NCBI RefSeq assembly: GCF_052425735.1
Contig: NC_135759.1
Coordinates: forward strand, 38,812,001 to 38,876,000
Direction: 5' to 3'
DNA length: 64,000 nt
Source: Oculina patagonica
Taxonomy: Eukaryota
Both the position numbers and the translations under genes were made by a program. This document shows, one piece after another, positions 1 through 12,700 of the stretch; positions within the stretch are counted from its first letter, which is position 1; every line of letters starts with the position of its first letter. A model generated the notes under the pieces. It saw only the letters and a program-made list of their open reading frames with translations. It had not been told where the DNA came from and made no database searches.

Positions 1-912
1 TTCCGTGATACTGAGTAGACAAATTTATTTGCACAAATAAATGACACTGTAAAACCATTCAAGTGCTCAACAACTGAGTAATAAATCAAAGATCTGCAGC
101 ATTCAAAATTTTTAAGTTAAGTCAAATGTCTGTTAATAAAGGAAGCCATGCCAATAACAAAGTTAAGTCAAGAAGATAAATCACAATTTATTTCAGTCAA
201 TTTATTTTCCGTCGGTCGCAAACATTTTCGGCGGTACGGTTCTGACATCGCTGCAGTCTGATCCCGTTCTAGTTTGTGTTTGTCTTTCATTGAACTCCAA
301 GTACTCGACCGCTTGCCGTTTTCAGTAGCTTACTCCCCAGCACATATCACGATGTTCTTGGCACCCACGGAGTCCGAAGTGAAGAGTGTTGTTTAGCCAG
401 GGCGTGTTTATAAGTGCCTCGGGACTACACATACCAAACAAACCCTTCTCGCACAACTGATATTTTCAACTCTTCGCTTGTCAAAGCTACCGACGCTTTC
501 GTATTATTTCCTTTTCCTTGCTTTTTAGCTGCTTTTGTTTAGACTGTAGAACTTTCCTGGTTTTCTCAAACACCAAGTCGTTGATTATGCTTACAGAATA
601 GCTCTTTTTCTTCAGATGTCTTTCGAAGCTAGCCACGAAACTTCAAAGAGAAGTCGGCTCGTATTTAAGTCCATCTTTGGTGCAGACGGCAATGATGAAT
701 TGGCTGATTAATTCATTCAGCTCAACAGCCGGAATATCTTCTATTTTTCTGTCTTCGTTCTTCGTTATCAAAAATCTTCCAAGCAATTTTACAGCTCGGT
801 CAGTTTTTTGAGCGTTTTTTTTTTTTTGTTTTCCTGTTCTAAAATAAATTCTTCAACTGAAGAAACAGAAGCAAACCTTCCATCGGCCATTTTTCAAAGC
901 GCGGGTTTTCTT

Positions 913-1367
913 TAAGGATGGGCCGATACTCGATACCAAATATTCGATACATCGATATTTTGACAATTTTGAAAAGTATCGATACTTTCGAAAAATATCG
1001 CACTTTCGATACGCTTTCGATACTGCACACGTGACCTGAGCCTGCGGTCTTCTGATCAGCACCTGCGGTTGAAAAATACAATTTTGCTCAAAGAAATATT
1101 GATGTTCTTGTCAATAATTGAATTTTTCTTGCCTTGACTTAATGTCCACACATTGCTGATGCAACAGTGAAACACAAAGACCAAAATCAGCATTCTTGGC
1201 TAACATTTATAATGCCAGGTCTGTCCTTTGTATGGTCACGTGACAAACCAATGACATCAGGATGGAAATGACGTCATAATATCGATATCGAGATCGATAT
1301 CGAGAAAAAAGGCAAATATCGTATCGATATCGTATCGTTTTGAAAAACCAGTATCGGCCCATCCTTA
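913..1367. mobile_element. hAT-type non-autonomous DNA transposon (MITE)
   Basis: 18-bp TIR TAAGGATGGGCCGATACT (913-930; reverse copy 1350-1367). 8-bp TSD GTTTTCTT at 905-912 and 1368-1375. Many internal CGATA/TATCG repeats. Confidence 0.85.
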
Positions 1368-2733
1368 GTTTTCTTGTCGGCAACGGCTGTGGGATGACGT
1401 TTCCTTCAATACGTTCATTCATCACCAGTGAAAATTCGTCGTTCGCGTTGCTAATTGGACGAACGATATTTTTTCACAGTGAAATTTTGTCGTTCGTGCT
1501 CCTGATTGGCTAAGCTCTGAATCAGTACGATTTTTACTCCCTACGATTTTCATGAGTAAATCTCAGTACCTTTGAAATAAAAAGCCGTACGGCCCTAATG
1601 GAAAAGCGTACGGCCCCAAATTGGAACCAGTTGATTCCACAACTTTGAATTCAGATGAACGATAGTTAAGATTTTTCTAAAAAGCAAAAAATGTCCAACA
1701 TGTTTATAAAAACTTTACTATCTAGAAAGCGATGTCGTTTGCAGGCGCAAAAATTAAACAAAACGCGTTTAAACTTGGCAATTATGAAGAAATACTCCTG
1801 ACAACAACAATTAAATTGAAATAAAAGCCGACAATAAACAACAAAATCGGACAAAGACGTATCCTGGTTTGAAGTCATGGTAAACTGACATTGAAGAAAA
1901 AATGCAAATGCGAAGTAAACTCAAATTTCTCTTTCTGCTGCGTAATTTTTAAATCACAACAAACAAAATGCGAGTACATGTTTACGACTAACCTGATTAC
2001 GACACAGTTTTACCGCTTGTTTTCACAAAGCATTTTAAGCACAATTTTGACATCAACTGTCATGCAGAGCTCAACATCGTCGAGGAACTAACGAATTCAA
2101 GGACTAAGCAGCAACAGCAGACGTTCATGAATCCTACAATCTGTCGTAAACAAAACAACTTGAAGCGAAGGAAAACGAAGCGAAGCAAGACCAAGAAAAA
2201 AATCTTGAACTGTCAGTACAATCCCTTTCCAAGTCTTTATGTAGTTTCATAGATTAAGATCTATAGATCTAATGTTGTTTTTAACATACAAAATCCTTCT
2301 TGGTGGAAAATAAATTAATCCTCTCGATCAAATCAATCGTGAATTACAGCTCAGAAGAAACGTCGCTAAATCAAGTTAAATTCAGTCTTGTTCGCTGAGA
2401 GACGAGCACGACTAGTCGAAACGTCGTGCAAATTCTTTGTTGTAGTCCTCCATAAACGTTTCCTTTGAAATTTCTACTAACTGCAATCATGTACGAGGAA
2501 TTTAGTCGTATTTAAATCTTCTTGGAATGGAGCAAAATCTCGGAGATTTGGTTGACAATTTTAACAGAAGTTCAAAAACTTTTTACGCACATCGCAGTTC
2601 AAATGCACTTTACTGGCTTCCCAAACAAATTGCGAGCTACCGTTGGCTTTTCAAAATGCGCGCAAAACGGGCCGCCGCGTCTGTATCCACGAAAGAAAAA
2701 CAAAAAAAAAATCAGTGGTCATATGACAAAATG

Positions 2734-2789
2734 CTTATTGACTGAGTTAGGTCGGGCCGGACGGGAAAATATTTGGCTCTCGGTCAGGA

Positions 2790-2820
<31 letters not shown>

Positions 2821-2874
2821 TCCTGACCTCGAGCCAAATATTTTCCCGTCCGTCCCTCCCACTCAGTCAATAAG
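2734..2874. repeat. Long imperfect hairpin, probably the terminus of a larger non-autonomous element spanning about 1-2880
   Basis: CTTATTGACTGAG...GGACC pairs with GGTCC...CTCAGTCAATAAG over about 65 bp around a short loop. Confidence 0.6.
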
Positions 2875-2884
2875 TACATAATAT

Positions 2885-3005
2885 TTGACCTATAACCTTT
2901 TCTGGATTAGGGTTGCAGGGCTAGGGCTTTTGGGTTAGGGTTAGGGTGTAGTTGTTGGGGTTAGGGTTAGAGTTGCAGTTTGGGACTGGGCTAGTCTAGT
3001 GACTA
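2885..3005 (+). repeat. Interspersed repeat containing degenerate TTAGGG units
   Basis: GGGTTAGGGTTAGGG...GGGTTAGGGTTAG. Its reverse complement aligns with the two Harbinger flanks (7213-7287 plus 13261-13325). Confidence 0.7.
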
Positions 3006-3234
3006 GCACTCCTGCCACACTCGATCACCTTAGGTGAGGTAACTGTAGCCTTGTTATTGCATCGATAAGCGCCCTGTCTTTAATCAGGGCGTTCCCTTCA
3101 GCTCCGAATATGAAATAAGTCCCCCTGGCGCTAAATAAAATCAGCACCGTATGTATTTACATAATAACCTTACTAAACTGTAAAATACTTTGAGTGAAAG
3201 TAAAAAGTTCTATAAGAGCAAAAATATCTTCAGA

Positions 3235-3414
3235 TCACTAGAACGATTCATCCGATCTAAGTTTACAACACTACATTTTCGGTGGCCTCTGTCCACCTTC
3301 ATCAGAGTAAAATGAGTTCATTACATTACAAACACATTTTACTCTGATGAAGGCGGACAGAGGCCACCGAAAATTTAGTGTTGTAACCTTAGATCGGATG
3401 AATCGTTCTAGTGA
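3235..3414. mobile_element. Inverted Penelope-like pLTR remnant with minimal hammerhead ribozyme-like motifs
   Basis: Arms of about 85 bp form a near-perfect palindrome. Each arm reads CTGATGA-A-GG(C/T)GG-ACAGAGG-CCACC-GAAA (plus-strand copy 3344-3372). Confidence 0.55.
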
Positions 3415-3715
3415 AATTAAGTCTACCGATCGCCACAGACAAAGTGTATTTAGCAAATATATCAAGTATTTTTATTTATTTATTTAATTAATTCTGTTCA
3501 TTGGTTAAATTTTTTACTTTACTAACATGCTAAAAGCTTTTCAGTTACGGCACGGAAATATAAAAAGTTTGTTCGTACTCATGGTAAGTTCATGGTAAGT
3601 TATATATTGTTTAGTTACAAAGTTTGGTAATCCACGGTGCATTAACTCTGTCGTAGAGAGTTTATAGTAATACTATCTGCTTACATATCTGTATTGATGA
3701 TTAAATTTAATCTAC

Positions 3716-6700
3716 CTGTCTCGCCAACCCAAGCAAGTCCAAGCACTCCATTAGCAAAATCTCTGTAGGTAAAAATATAAGACAGGCACACGTCATCATG
3801 ATTTTCCTCAGAGTTGAGCTCAAGCACCTTCTCCACTCCAAAGTTGTTATCTCCATAAGGGTTATTGGGATCTCCAGCATCAGAGCTGTCATTGGCTCGC
3901 ATTCTCTGGATCCTGAAATGAATACCTGACCAAAACAAGGAAACATAAAAATTCCCTTTCAAGAATGTTAAACAACTACTTTCTCCTTACAGTGTTGCAC
4001 CAAGTAGACTGGTAATTAGAATAGAAATTATCCTTAACCACCAAATGCAAAGCAAACAGAAAAACTTAATTATAACTATATTGAAGCATGAATGCCAACT
4101 GGAATGTTCCCTGTTAATCTTGCCAACTTCTGGATATATTTTCTGTATGCTAGAAAGCACTTCTATTATTTCAGACTCTCAACCACGATTTGTCTGGAAA
4201 CGGTTTGAAAATATTTGTATAGCTTTCTTGCTCGAAGTTCCTCAGATTAAGATTAAGATGAAGATTCAAAACAATTTTTTATCGATCTAGAAGAAAGAAT
4301 TCATTCTTATCATGTCAATTTTGTTCGTGTTTTGTATTGTTTAACTGCACTCGTCTGCACCTTTGTTGTTGCTGTTGTTGTAGTTGTTGTTTGGTAGCCT
4401 GACAAAGTAGACCGAGCAGAGAGGAAGCTTGACGTGCGTTAGGCCAGAGATGCAAGCATCAACAAGCACCTCAGCATCTACGACTGCTCACGTGTGTCTA
4501 AGATGCTGCAGAGCTCTTCGGGCCTGAGAAGGCCTCATCAGCCACCTCAGACTCACTGCATCCTCTCAGCTGACATATGCAGACATGACCATCTCCGTTG
4601 CTCAAGGACAAACACCACCACAGAACAAAGAGGCATCCCTTATTCACCAGCAATACTGTGATAAAGACTCATATTTGTAAATATGCTATCCTGCGAGAAA
4701 GAGATTCTCATGTCTTTCTGCAAGGCGAATTTTTTTCTAGAAGGGTAGCAATATATCCAACCTACCCTCAAATTTGCCATCTCCATTAAAATCTGTATTC
4801 CTATAAACGGCATTTGCAGCGTTTACGTGGTCTGCCATCAGCAGCATGGCTCTCCTTTTATTACCTCCAGCCATGCGCTCTGTGAACAGGTGATCGGCCT
4901 ACAAAACAAGGAAGGACGACATTGTTCGCACTCTCAGTATTATGTCGCGTGTCTGAACGTCTGTTGGTTTGTTTTAAATGAGGGTTTCTAAAGCAGTACA
5001 ATAGACTCTGGGATTTGCCTTTTAACTGTCACTTAGAAAATGGGATGCGATGCACTGAGACTGGAATTTGACCGATTGGACTTAGCATGGGAAACACTTT
5101 TACAGCACTGCCTCTAGAAAAAAAAAATTTAAAAATAAATATTCCACGTAATATTTCCATCTCTTTATCTACTCTATAATTTAATTCACTTCGAAATGCA
5201 AAACTCCACCAAACTCATATCGGCGCACCAAGCGAGTAAGTTCGTCAGCTTTTCTCCGGTTGGCTTTGACATATGCAACGGGGTCAGATGCCGAATATTA
5301 GCAAAGGAATCCAAATGAAGTCCAGCAAGGGACTTTGTACCATGATTTTTAAATTAATTAAGTCACTGGACAGGGTTTTTATTTGGCCCTCTTCTGCAAA
5401 TCGCTGTTCGCAGTTTGTTCTAAATCCCGTGTTTTTATGAGACTTGAGATAAAAAATGTGATACAATGTAATGCACGCTGCAAATTATCCTTTTCGTTTT
5501 TAAAAATGTAATGAATTTGGGCGGCAGATTTAAACTTATTTATAACTCATTTTTCCAGCAGGCCATTTGGTCGTTCACTCCTCCGTCCGTCCGTCCGTCC
5601 GTCCGTCCGTCCGTCCGTCCGTCCGTCCGTCCGTCCGTCCGTCCGTCCGTCCGTTTCTTTGTTAGTTCGTTTCAACTCACCCTCATCTTTAAGGTACAAG
5701 ACAATTTCTTCGGATCAATGTCTCCTACTGCCCTGCGATATCTGTTTTTGAATGGCTCAAACTTGGCATCGTGTTCTTTATCTACCAGGTCTTCTTTCAC
5801 CGCTGATCTAATTGATTTAATTTAAAACAAAATGATTTAAGATAATGGTTTACAAATTCCATTTTTACACTAATAACTCTTTCGCTAAGCGTGCTGACCA
5901 CGTTAAATGAAGATTGTATTGTATTGTATTGTATTGTATTGTATTGTTTTAAATTCTGGGATAAAATCTAGACAAGGCAAGTGCCTCGTCTTGTCTCTTG
6001 CTAGTTACAGCCCTGTTTGTGGCGTAAAATATGACAGATGAGCAATTTATATAATTTCAAATCCTTTGAAGTTTGCCATGGGTTAAAGATACTTCTTTTA
6101 CCTTTTTACGTCATCCATCCACTTCTTTGTTTCATCATTCACCTCAATTCCTGCACCATGAGCATGAGGGTAATGCACATCTCTGCTCTCGTAGATAACT
6201 GAGTGGAAGTCCTTAGGTGCATCTTTGAAATACTGCTTGGCTGACTCAACAAAATACTCATCATTTCCTACATGAATTTTGCCCTCAAATACGCCATCAT
6301 CAGATATAAAACCATGGACCAAAGAGTTCCTATGCCCTGAATGTAAACACAAAGTTTTTAGATCTCTTTACCTTACTGCAAACCCGTTTTCAGATCAAAG
6401 CCTTTCAATAACAGTGGTCTTCCTTTTATATACACATCAAAGGTTATAGTTCCTACTGATTTTGCGATCGGAAATAACCCACGTAACGCTGTTGTTGGCT
6501 GTATGACTTCGCAATACGCTCTGATGCCCGATCTACATGCTCTCAAATGGAAAGAGGTGCGGGCGGCGTCAGCCAACATAGAATGTTACGTTATTCTAGG
6601 CCAGAAAAATACTAGCAATGTTCAAACAGGTCTATGCGAACGATCTAGGTTCTCATAACATTTAAAAGGGCAAAACCTGCATTTTTTCATGTTCTTGTGT

Positions 6701-9700
6701 TCAGTTTTATTCAGCATTAATTGTCACATTAAAACAATATGGACGGTAATCTCAAATTTATATAGTTCAAGCGATCACCGAAGACAGAGCACGTAGATGT
6801 ACCTTCCACATCCCCCTTTAAAACCATGGCAGGGTCAAAATCGGCGTTTTCCGCTCTAAAGTCATCCGTGAAAAGTTCAACATCCCTTCTCAGGCGAATC
6901 TTGAATTCTCTACAAAATACAAACAATAATGTTAACAAAAAATATTCTTTGTCAGTCCATTCATCTTTCGAATTCGAAGACTCTTCAAACATGAAAGGCT
7001 CAACTTGAGCAAAGGGCAAGAAGTTAGGGGGGAGGGTGGTTATGGCACTAGCTCTCAAACCTTTATCATCAGACCACAACACAAAAACGAAGTAAGAGGA
7101 GTAAAACTGTAAAAGTGTAGCTTGACCAGAATCTTTATTTAGGCCCAATACAGTCACAAGGCTACAATTACTTCAACAGAGGTGATCTATTGTGGCAGGA
7201 GTGCTTGTCACGTGACTAGCCCGGGCTCAAACTGCAACCCTATGCCTAAATCTAACCCCTACCTTAACAATCCAACCCTAACCTTAAAGCCCCGGCCAAA
7301 CGAGGATGAGAGTCGATAAGAGTTGACTCTTATGAGAGTTGTCGTCAACTCTCATCGACTCTCATCAACTCGTGCCAAACGAGCACAAGAGTCGCACGAG
7401 AGTGTGGCAAGAGTGACGCGTAATTTCATTGCGTGACAAGCCACGCAATGCAGCTGGGGTGTAAACAAACATGGCGACGGCTAGCTGATAATTAAGAAAT
7501 TGAAACAATGAGTTTGGTACGCAAGAGAAAAGCTGCCGCAAGTGTGTTGTTAATGTTAACGTTTAACGAGGAGGAAGAGACTGTTCATGCCAAGCGTGGT
7601 AAAACTAGAAAATGGATTAAGCGTCGAGAAGAGAAAGGGTATTTTAACAACATTGTCGAAGAGTTGCGTGTCGAGGACACCGCGAGTTACCGGGAAATGA
7701 TGAGGATGGACTATGAGACATTTCAGGACATTTTAACGGCAATTACTCCAACGATCTCCAAGAAGCAGGTGCAAGGAGGGCACAAGATCATCAGCCCAGC
7801 CGAGAGGTTAACTCTGACTCTGCGTTACCTCGCCACAGGTGAAAGTTTTAAGTCCCTGCACTATCAATTTCGTATTGGCAGGGCAACTATTTCATACATA
7901 GTCAGGGAAGTTTGCCAGGCCATTTTCCAAACTCTCGGCCCGGTTAATATGAAAGTCCCGTCGACTGAAGAAGAATGGGCTACGATCGCATTGGAGTTTG
8001 AGCAAAGATGGCAATTTCCTAATTGCATTGGCGCAATCGATGGTAAACATGTTGTGATGCGTCCACCACCCGGTTGCGGCTCACATTATTACAACTATAA
8101 ACACACCCACTCGATAGTTTTGATGGCTGTGGCTGGGCCGAACTACGAGGTGCTGTATGCCGACATAGGAACCAATGGCCGCATATCAGATGGCGGAGTT
8201 TGGAACAAGTGTGGTTTGTTAAAGTCTTTAGAAGATGGAAGCTTGAACATCCCAGCATCCAAGCCACTTCCCTTCGGCAGTGACCCTGTTCCGCACGTCC
8301 TGGTCGGAGACGATGCCTTTGCTCTACGACCCTTTCTCATGAAACCGTATCCTCAGCGGAATTTAACCATTGAAAGAAGAATTTTTAATTACAGGTATGT
8401 GCAAGTCCCCCTTAATAGGACAGCAGCTTAGCATAGAAAATTCAAATATGAGCATCAAGGTCCCAATTCAATTTTAAAACATCAAACTGGTTCAAACTCC
8501 ATAAAATTACAGTTGTTATATTAATTTTTAATTTTTACTGAGAATTGAAGTTGTAATTAAAAAAATGTTACAAAAACCATGACAATGACTCATGTACTAA
8601 TTATAATTAAGTTTCATCTATTTTGTTAACCAATATTTCTTCCATCATTGCACTTAAAATGAAATTTTGATCTTAAAATAGGTTAGGCATATTCACTTTT
8701 CCGGAATGCCCAACATGGGGATTTCTAATTAAACTGACAGACCCATGTTGTGGCCGGGGCATTTGCCCGGGGGGGGGGGGGGGGTACTCTGGATATTAAG
8801 TGACGGGGATGATCGAAGGATTTTTTTGGGTAAATAAATTTTTAGGTTTTAGGGTATAAAAAATGGTCTGACGGTTTGTAGTAGTATGTAGTACCTTGGC
8901 TGCGTAGTTCAGCGAATAAAGTACAAACAAACGTGTTTTGCTGTTGATTTTTAAGGGGTCAATTTTTTATCTAGGGATTTTTTGGGGTTACCGTATTTAC
9001 CATGTAATGAATTCCAGACAACACTTACAAAATCCTTTCTCTTTTTAGGCTCAGCCGAGCACGCCGCATATCAGAAAACCTTTTTGGTACGTATTGTTGG
9101 AAACAGGTGGAGAGTGCTGTTAACTGTGATGGGAATATGTCCTGAGTTCATTGAAGATGTAGTGTTGGCATGCCTTACCTTACACAACACCCTGAGGAAA
9201 TCGTCAAGGGCCTGTACGGTCTACTGCCCCAAGGGATTGGTTGATGAAGTTGATCCTTTGACAGGTGAAGTCATCCCAGGCTCTTGGAGACAGAACCAAG
9301 ATAGCTCAAGCATGTATGCCCTTTCTATCCCACCTACTGGCCATAATGTCAGCATTCAGGCTAAATTTGTTCGGGAGGTGTTTACTCAGTATTTTACTAA
9401 TGAAGGATGTGTGCCCTGGCAATGGGACCGATGTTAAATTGTATTCATATTTAAGGTTTGTGACACCAGTGTTAAATGAAAGGGTTACCGTATTTACTCG
9501 AATAAGCGCTGCAGTGGCTATTGAATTTTTTGGCTTGAAATGCGGTGCTCATTTAAGGACAGCACCTATTTTAAAAAATAACAAATATGAAAAAAAAAAT
9601 CAAAAATCTGATTTTGGAGTTGCTTTCTAGTGTTTTTTTAGTTGAGCATACCGTATTTATTCGATTAAGCGCCCAACCTCGAATAAGCGCCCATCCTGAA

Positions 9701-12700
9701 GGTAGGAAAAGTTAATAAGCGCCCAGCCTCGAATAAGCGCCCACCCCTCACCTTTCAAGAAACTGAAGTGCACAAGAGGAGTATTGATTATTGAAAGTGA
9801 CTAAGTACTACTAAGAAGACTTCCCTCATGACCGAGTTTTCTTACTATTTTTCAAAAACTTTCAATGAACAGTCAAAATTTTGCTTTGTTTTGTTACAAA
9901 AATAGACTTCTTTTTGTTGAAAATCGCGAAAATTTAATAACACCCAGCCTCGAATAAGCGCCCACTCTCAAGGTCCAAAAATTTAATAAGCGCCCAGGGC
10001 ACTTAATCGAATAAATACGGTAATTATTTGAAATTGGACTGCAGCACTTATTGGGATGAGGGGGGGGGGGGTAGGGTGGGCAATGCCTATTGCCTTTTCT
10101 TACCATGTGCCATGTTATTCATCAAGGGTGGCACTTCATTCACATAAATGTGGTAAACCAAAAACTGTGTATTACAAGTGATGCTTTCTTCGAAGATCTT
10201 CTTTTTTTCCTACCTTCAGGGCTCAAAATAATTTTCAGACAACTGCCAGTCATGTTGACCAGCCAAAAGGATTTGGGCTTGGTCAAGTTTTGCTACCGCC
10301 AACCCAACCCCTTGTTCCTGCTGTTTATGGAATTGTCTTTGTTGATGTTAAATAAAAAGATGAACATTGATTTTTCACTGCTTTGGCTGCTTTTAAATAA
10401 AATAGGTAGGTACCTTAAATAGAATGCCTGGTTACCAAGATTCCAATATCCTGCTGATATGAAAATCTTTTTAATTTTTTTATTGTTTATGAATCCTTAT
10501 TGTCCAAACTTTGACCTTCTAAATTCAAGGTTCCACTTTGTTGAAATTAAAGTTATCGCTGTTCATTTATCAGGTCATTAGTTGACCCATTATTTGTATT
10601 TTTTTAAAAAGGCCATGTTTGTGTCTGGTCAAAATGTCATCTTGACTGGACATTGTCTGTTTACCGGCTGTCATTTTGAGCCCTGACCTTGTTCTTATGT
10701 AAAATATCAAGTTTTAGTGCAGATGGCGAAACTTACCGGTACTTGAATAACTGTCTCTTGGTAAACTCATAGCAGTTTACATTTCTAACAATGGGCAGCA
10801 ACAAGTTATTAAGCCAAAATTAAAGTTATTCAGAGTATAAATAATAGATAACCATTAAACATTGTGAGTCAGCTTTTAAAGAAGCACAAAAAGATGTCTT
10901 TTATTTCTGGTTTGCACAATTTTTATACATCGTTCTCAACTGGAACGTTAAAGAGTTTTTTGAATTAATGCATTTAATAAGGGTGGGGGGCCTTAACTAC
11001 CAATGTTTTATGAATGACTTCTAACCATCACATCTTGGGCTCCCTTAGTATCCTGGGTTTGGAGGTTGCCTTCATTATTGATAGTCATGAACATATCTGT
11101 AGCATGGATTTGCTGAAATTTACATTATTTTTAAAATCAGGACACAACAAAAACTGTATGACGTCCATGCTACAGATTTTGCTTCTAAATGCTATCTACC
11201 CGTGGTGTTGATTTGAACGGAGAAAATTTAAACTGTGTGAGTTTTTAGGGTTTTTTTGTTCTGGTCACGCGACTTTCTAAATATGGTCATCACTACCAAA
11301 AATAAAGGCAACCTTAAAATAGAAAAAACATGGCCAAAAACTAAACCCAGGATACTAAGGGAGGCCAACATATGACGGTTAGAAGTCATCCATTATGTAG
11401 TTAAGGGACGACCGCCGTAAGGGTATTAATTTCTCATGACATTGATAAATTGACTGAATTAAGTAATGATGTCAAAACAGTTTGTAACTGTAAGGTACAT
11501 GAGAACAATATTGGTTGCATACAAGGTTGTTATAAATAACAAAAAATGTTTTTTAAGGTTTAAAGTGATATTTGAAAAGACTTGAAACATGTGATAAAGA
11601 TACGTGAACATTGTAATTTATAATAAATATTGTAATAATTGCTTTTTCGAAAAACCAAGACTTTTACTGAAATGTCACTATGAAATAAAAATGACTTTAA
11701 TACTCAACATTCGTGTCGATGTTGTTGTGGCCATGGATATAATGTGGTCAGACCAGATGTACCCATATTTAAGTGAGGTGGAGTAATGTTTGAAACAGCT
11801 GGGTGTCCAGTAAAATTAAAGCCATCACCTGCAGATATCTGCTCAAGCTCAGCTAGCTCCAGGTCATACAAAATGTCTGAAATTTTTTTTTCAGCTATCA
11901 TCCTTGTTCGGCGGTCGAATCCTTGCAGTTTTTTAGCCACATACACACCGAAGCTTGTGTCTTGATCTGGCTGATCTGGTTGCTTCAGAACACGGATGCA
12001 CTCATTCATCAATAACTGTTGCTGGTCAGATATCCCACGTTGCAATTTTCTCTTAGTCGGCAACTTTGCGGATGGCTCCTGAAGATCATTAGAATCTGAT
12101 GGTACAGTTTCTACACTACTCTTCAAAGTATCCTTGCTTGGTTTGGCATTCATAACTGGCACAAGAAATTGTAGTGCATTCCAAAATGCCCAAGTTGGGG
12201 TGTAGAGCTCATCTGTGCTTTGTCCAGACTTGACAGTGTTCACCTTTTTAATGTTTTGGCCAAGGACCTGTCTTAGGGAGTTTATTTGGGCATATATTTC
12301 TTTCCACTCTAATCCGAGAATACTCTGAAACAGATAAAATAAGTAAAAATTATTAGACGAGTTTGAGCAAAATATCATGTTTTCAGTGGCGAACAAATCA
12401 GAGATGCCTTTATTTTTTACAAATATCATGTGTTGTTATTTTCAATAATTTAAAGCAAGAATGGGATATTGTCTTGAGTGCTACTAGTACTCTTTAAAAA
12501 TTAGTTGGTTTTATACAAAATATTGAGGTGTCTATATAGTTTTTGTGTACGAACAAAATTATTCCAGTATTGCTCATTTAATATATTAAAGCTTAACCAA
12601 TGTCAATTTTAGATTGCATTTAACAGTTGATTTCCAATGTACAGCGCGACAAACTAAACCCCATTTTTTTAATGTATTGGTTTCCCTTCCTTGCTGGAAG

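Noticed and set aside
2394-2425. Second hammerhead-like motif CTGAGAG...GAAACGTC
   Set aside because: The core does not match CTGANGA and stem I is unconvincing.
2905-2970. True or interstitial telomere
   Set aside because: There are only a few degenerate TTAGGG units inside an interspersed repeat that has a paralogue in the window.
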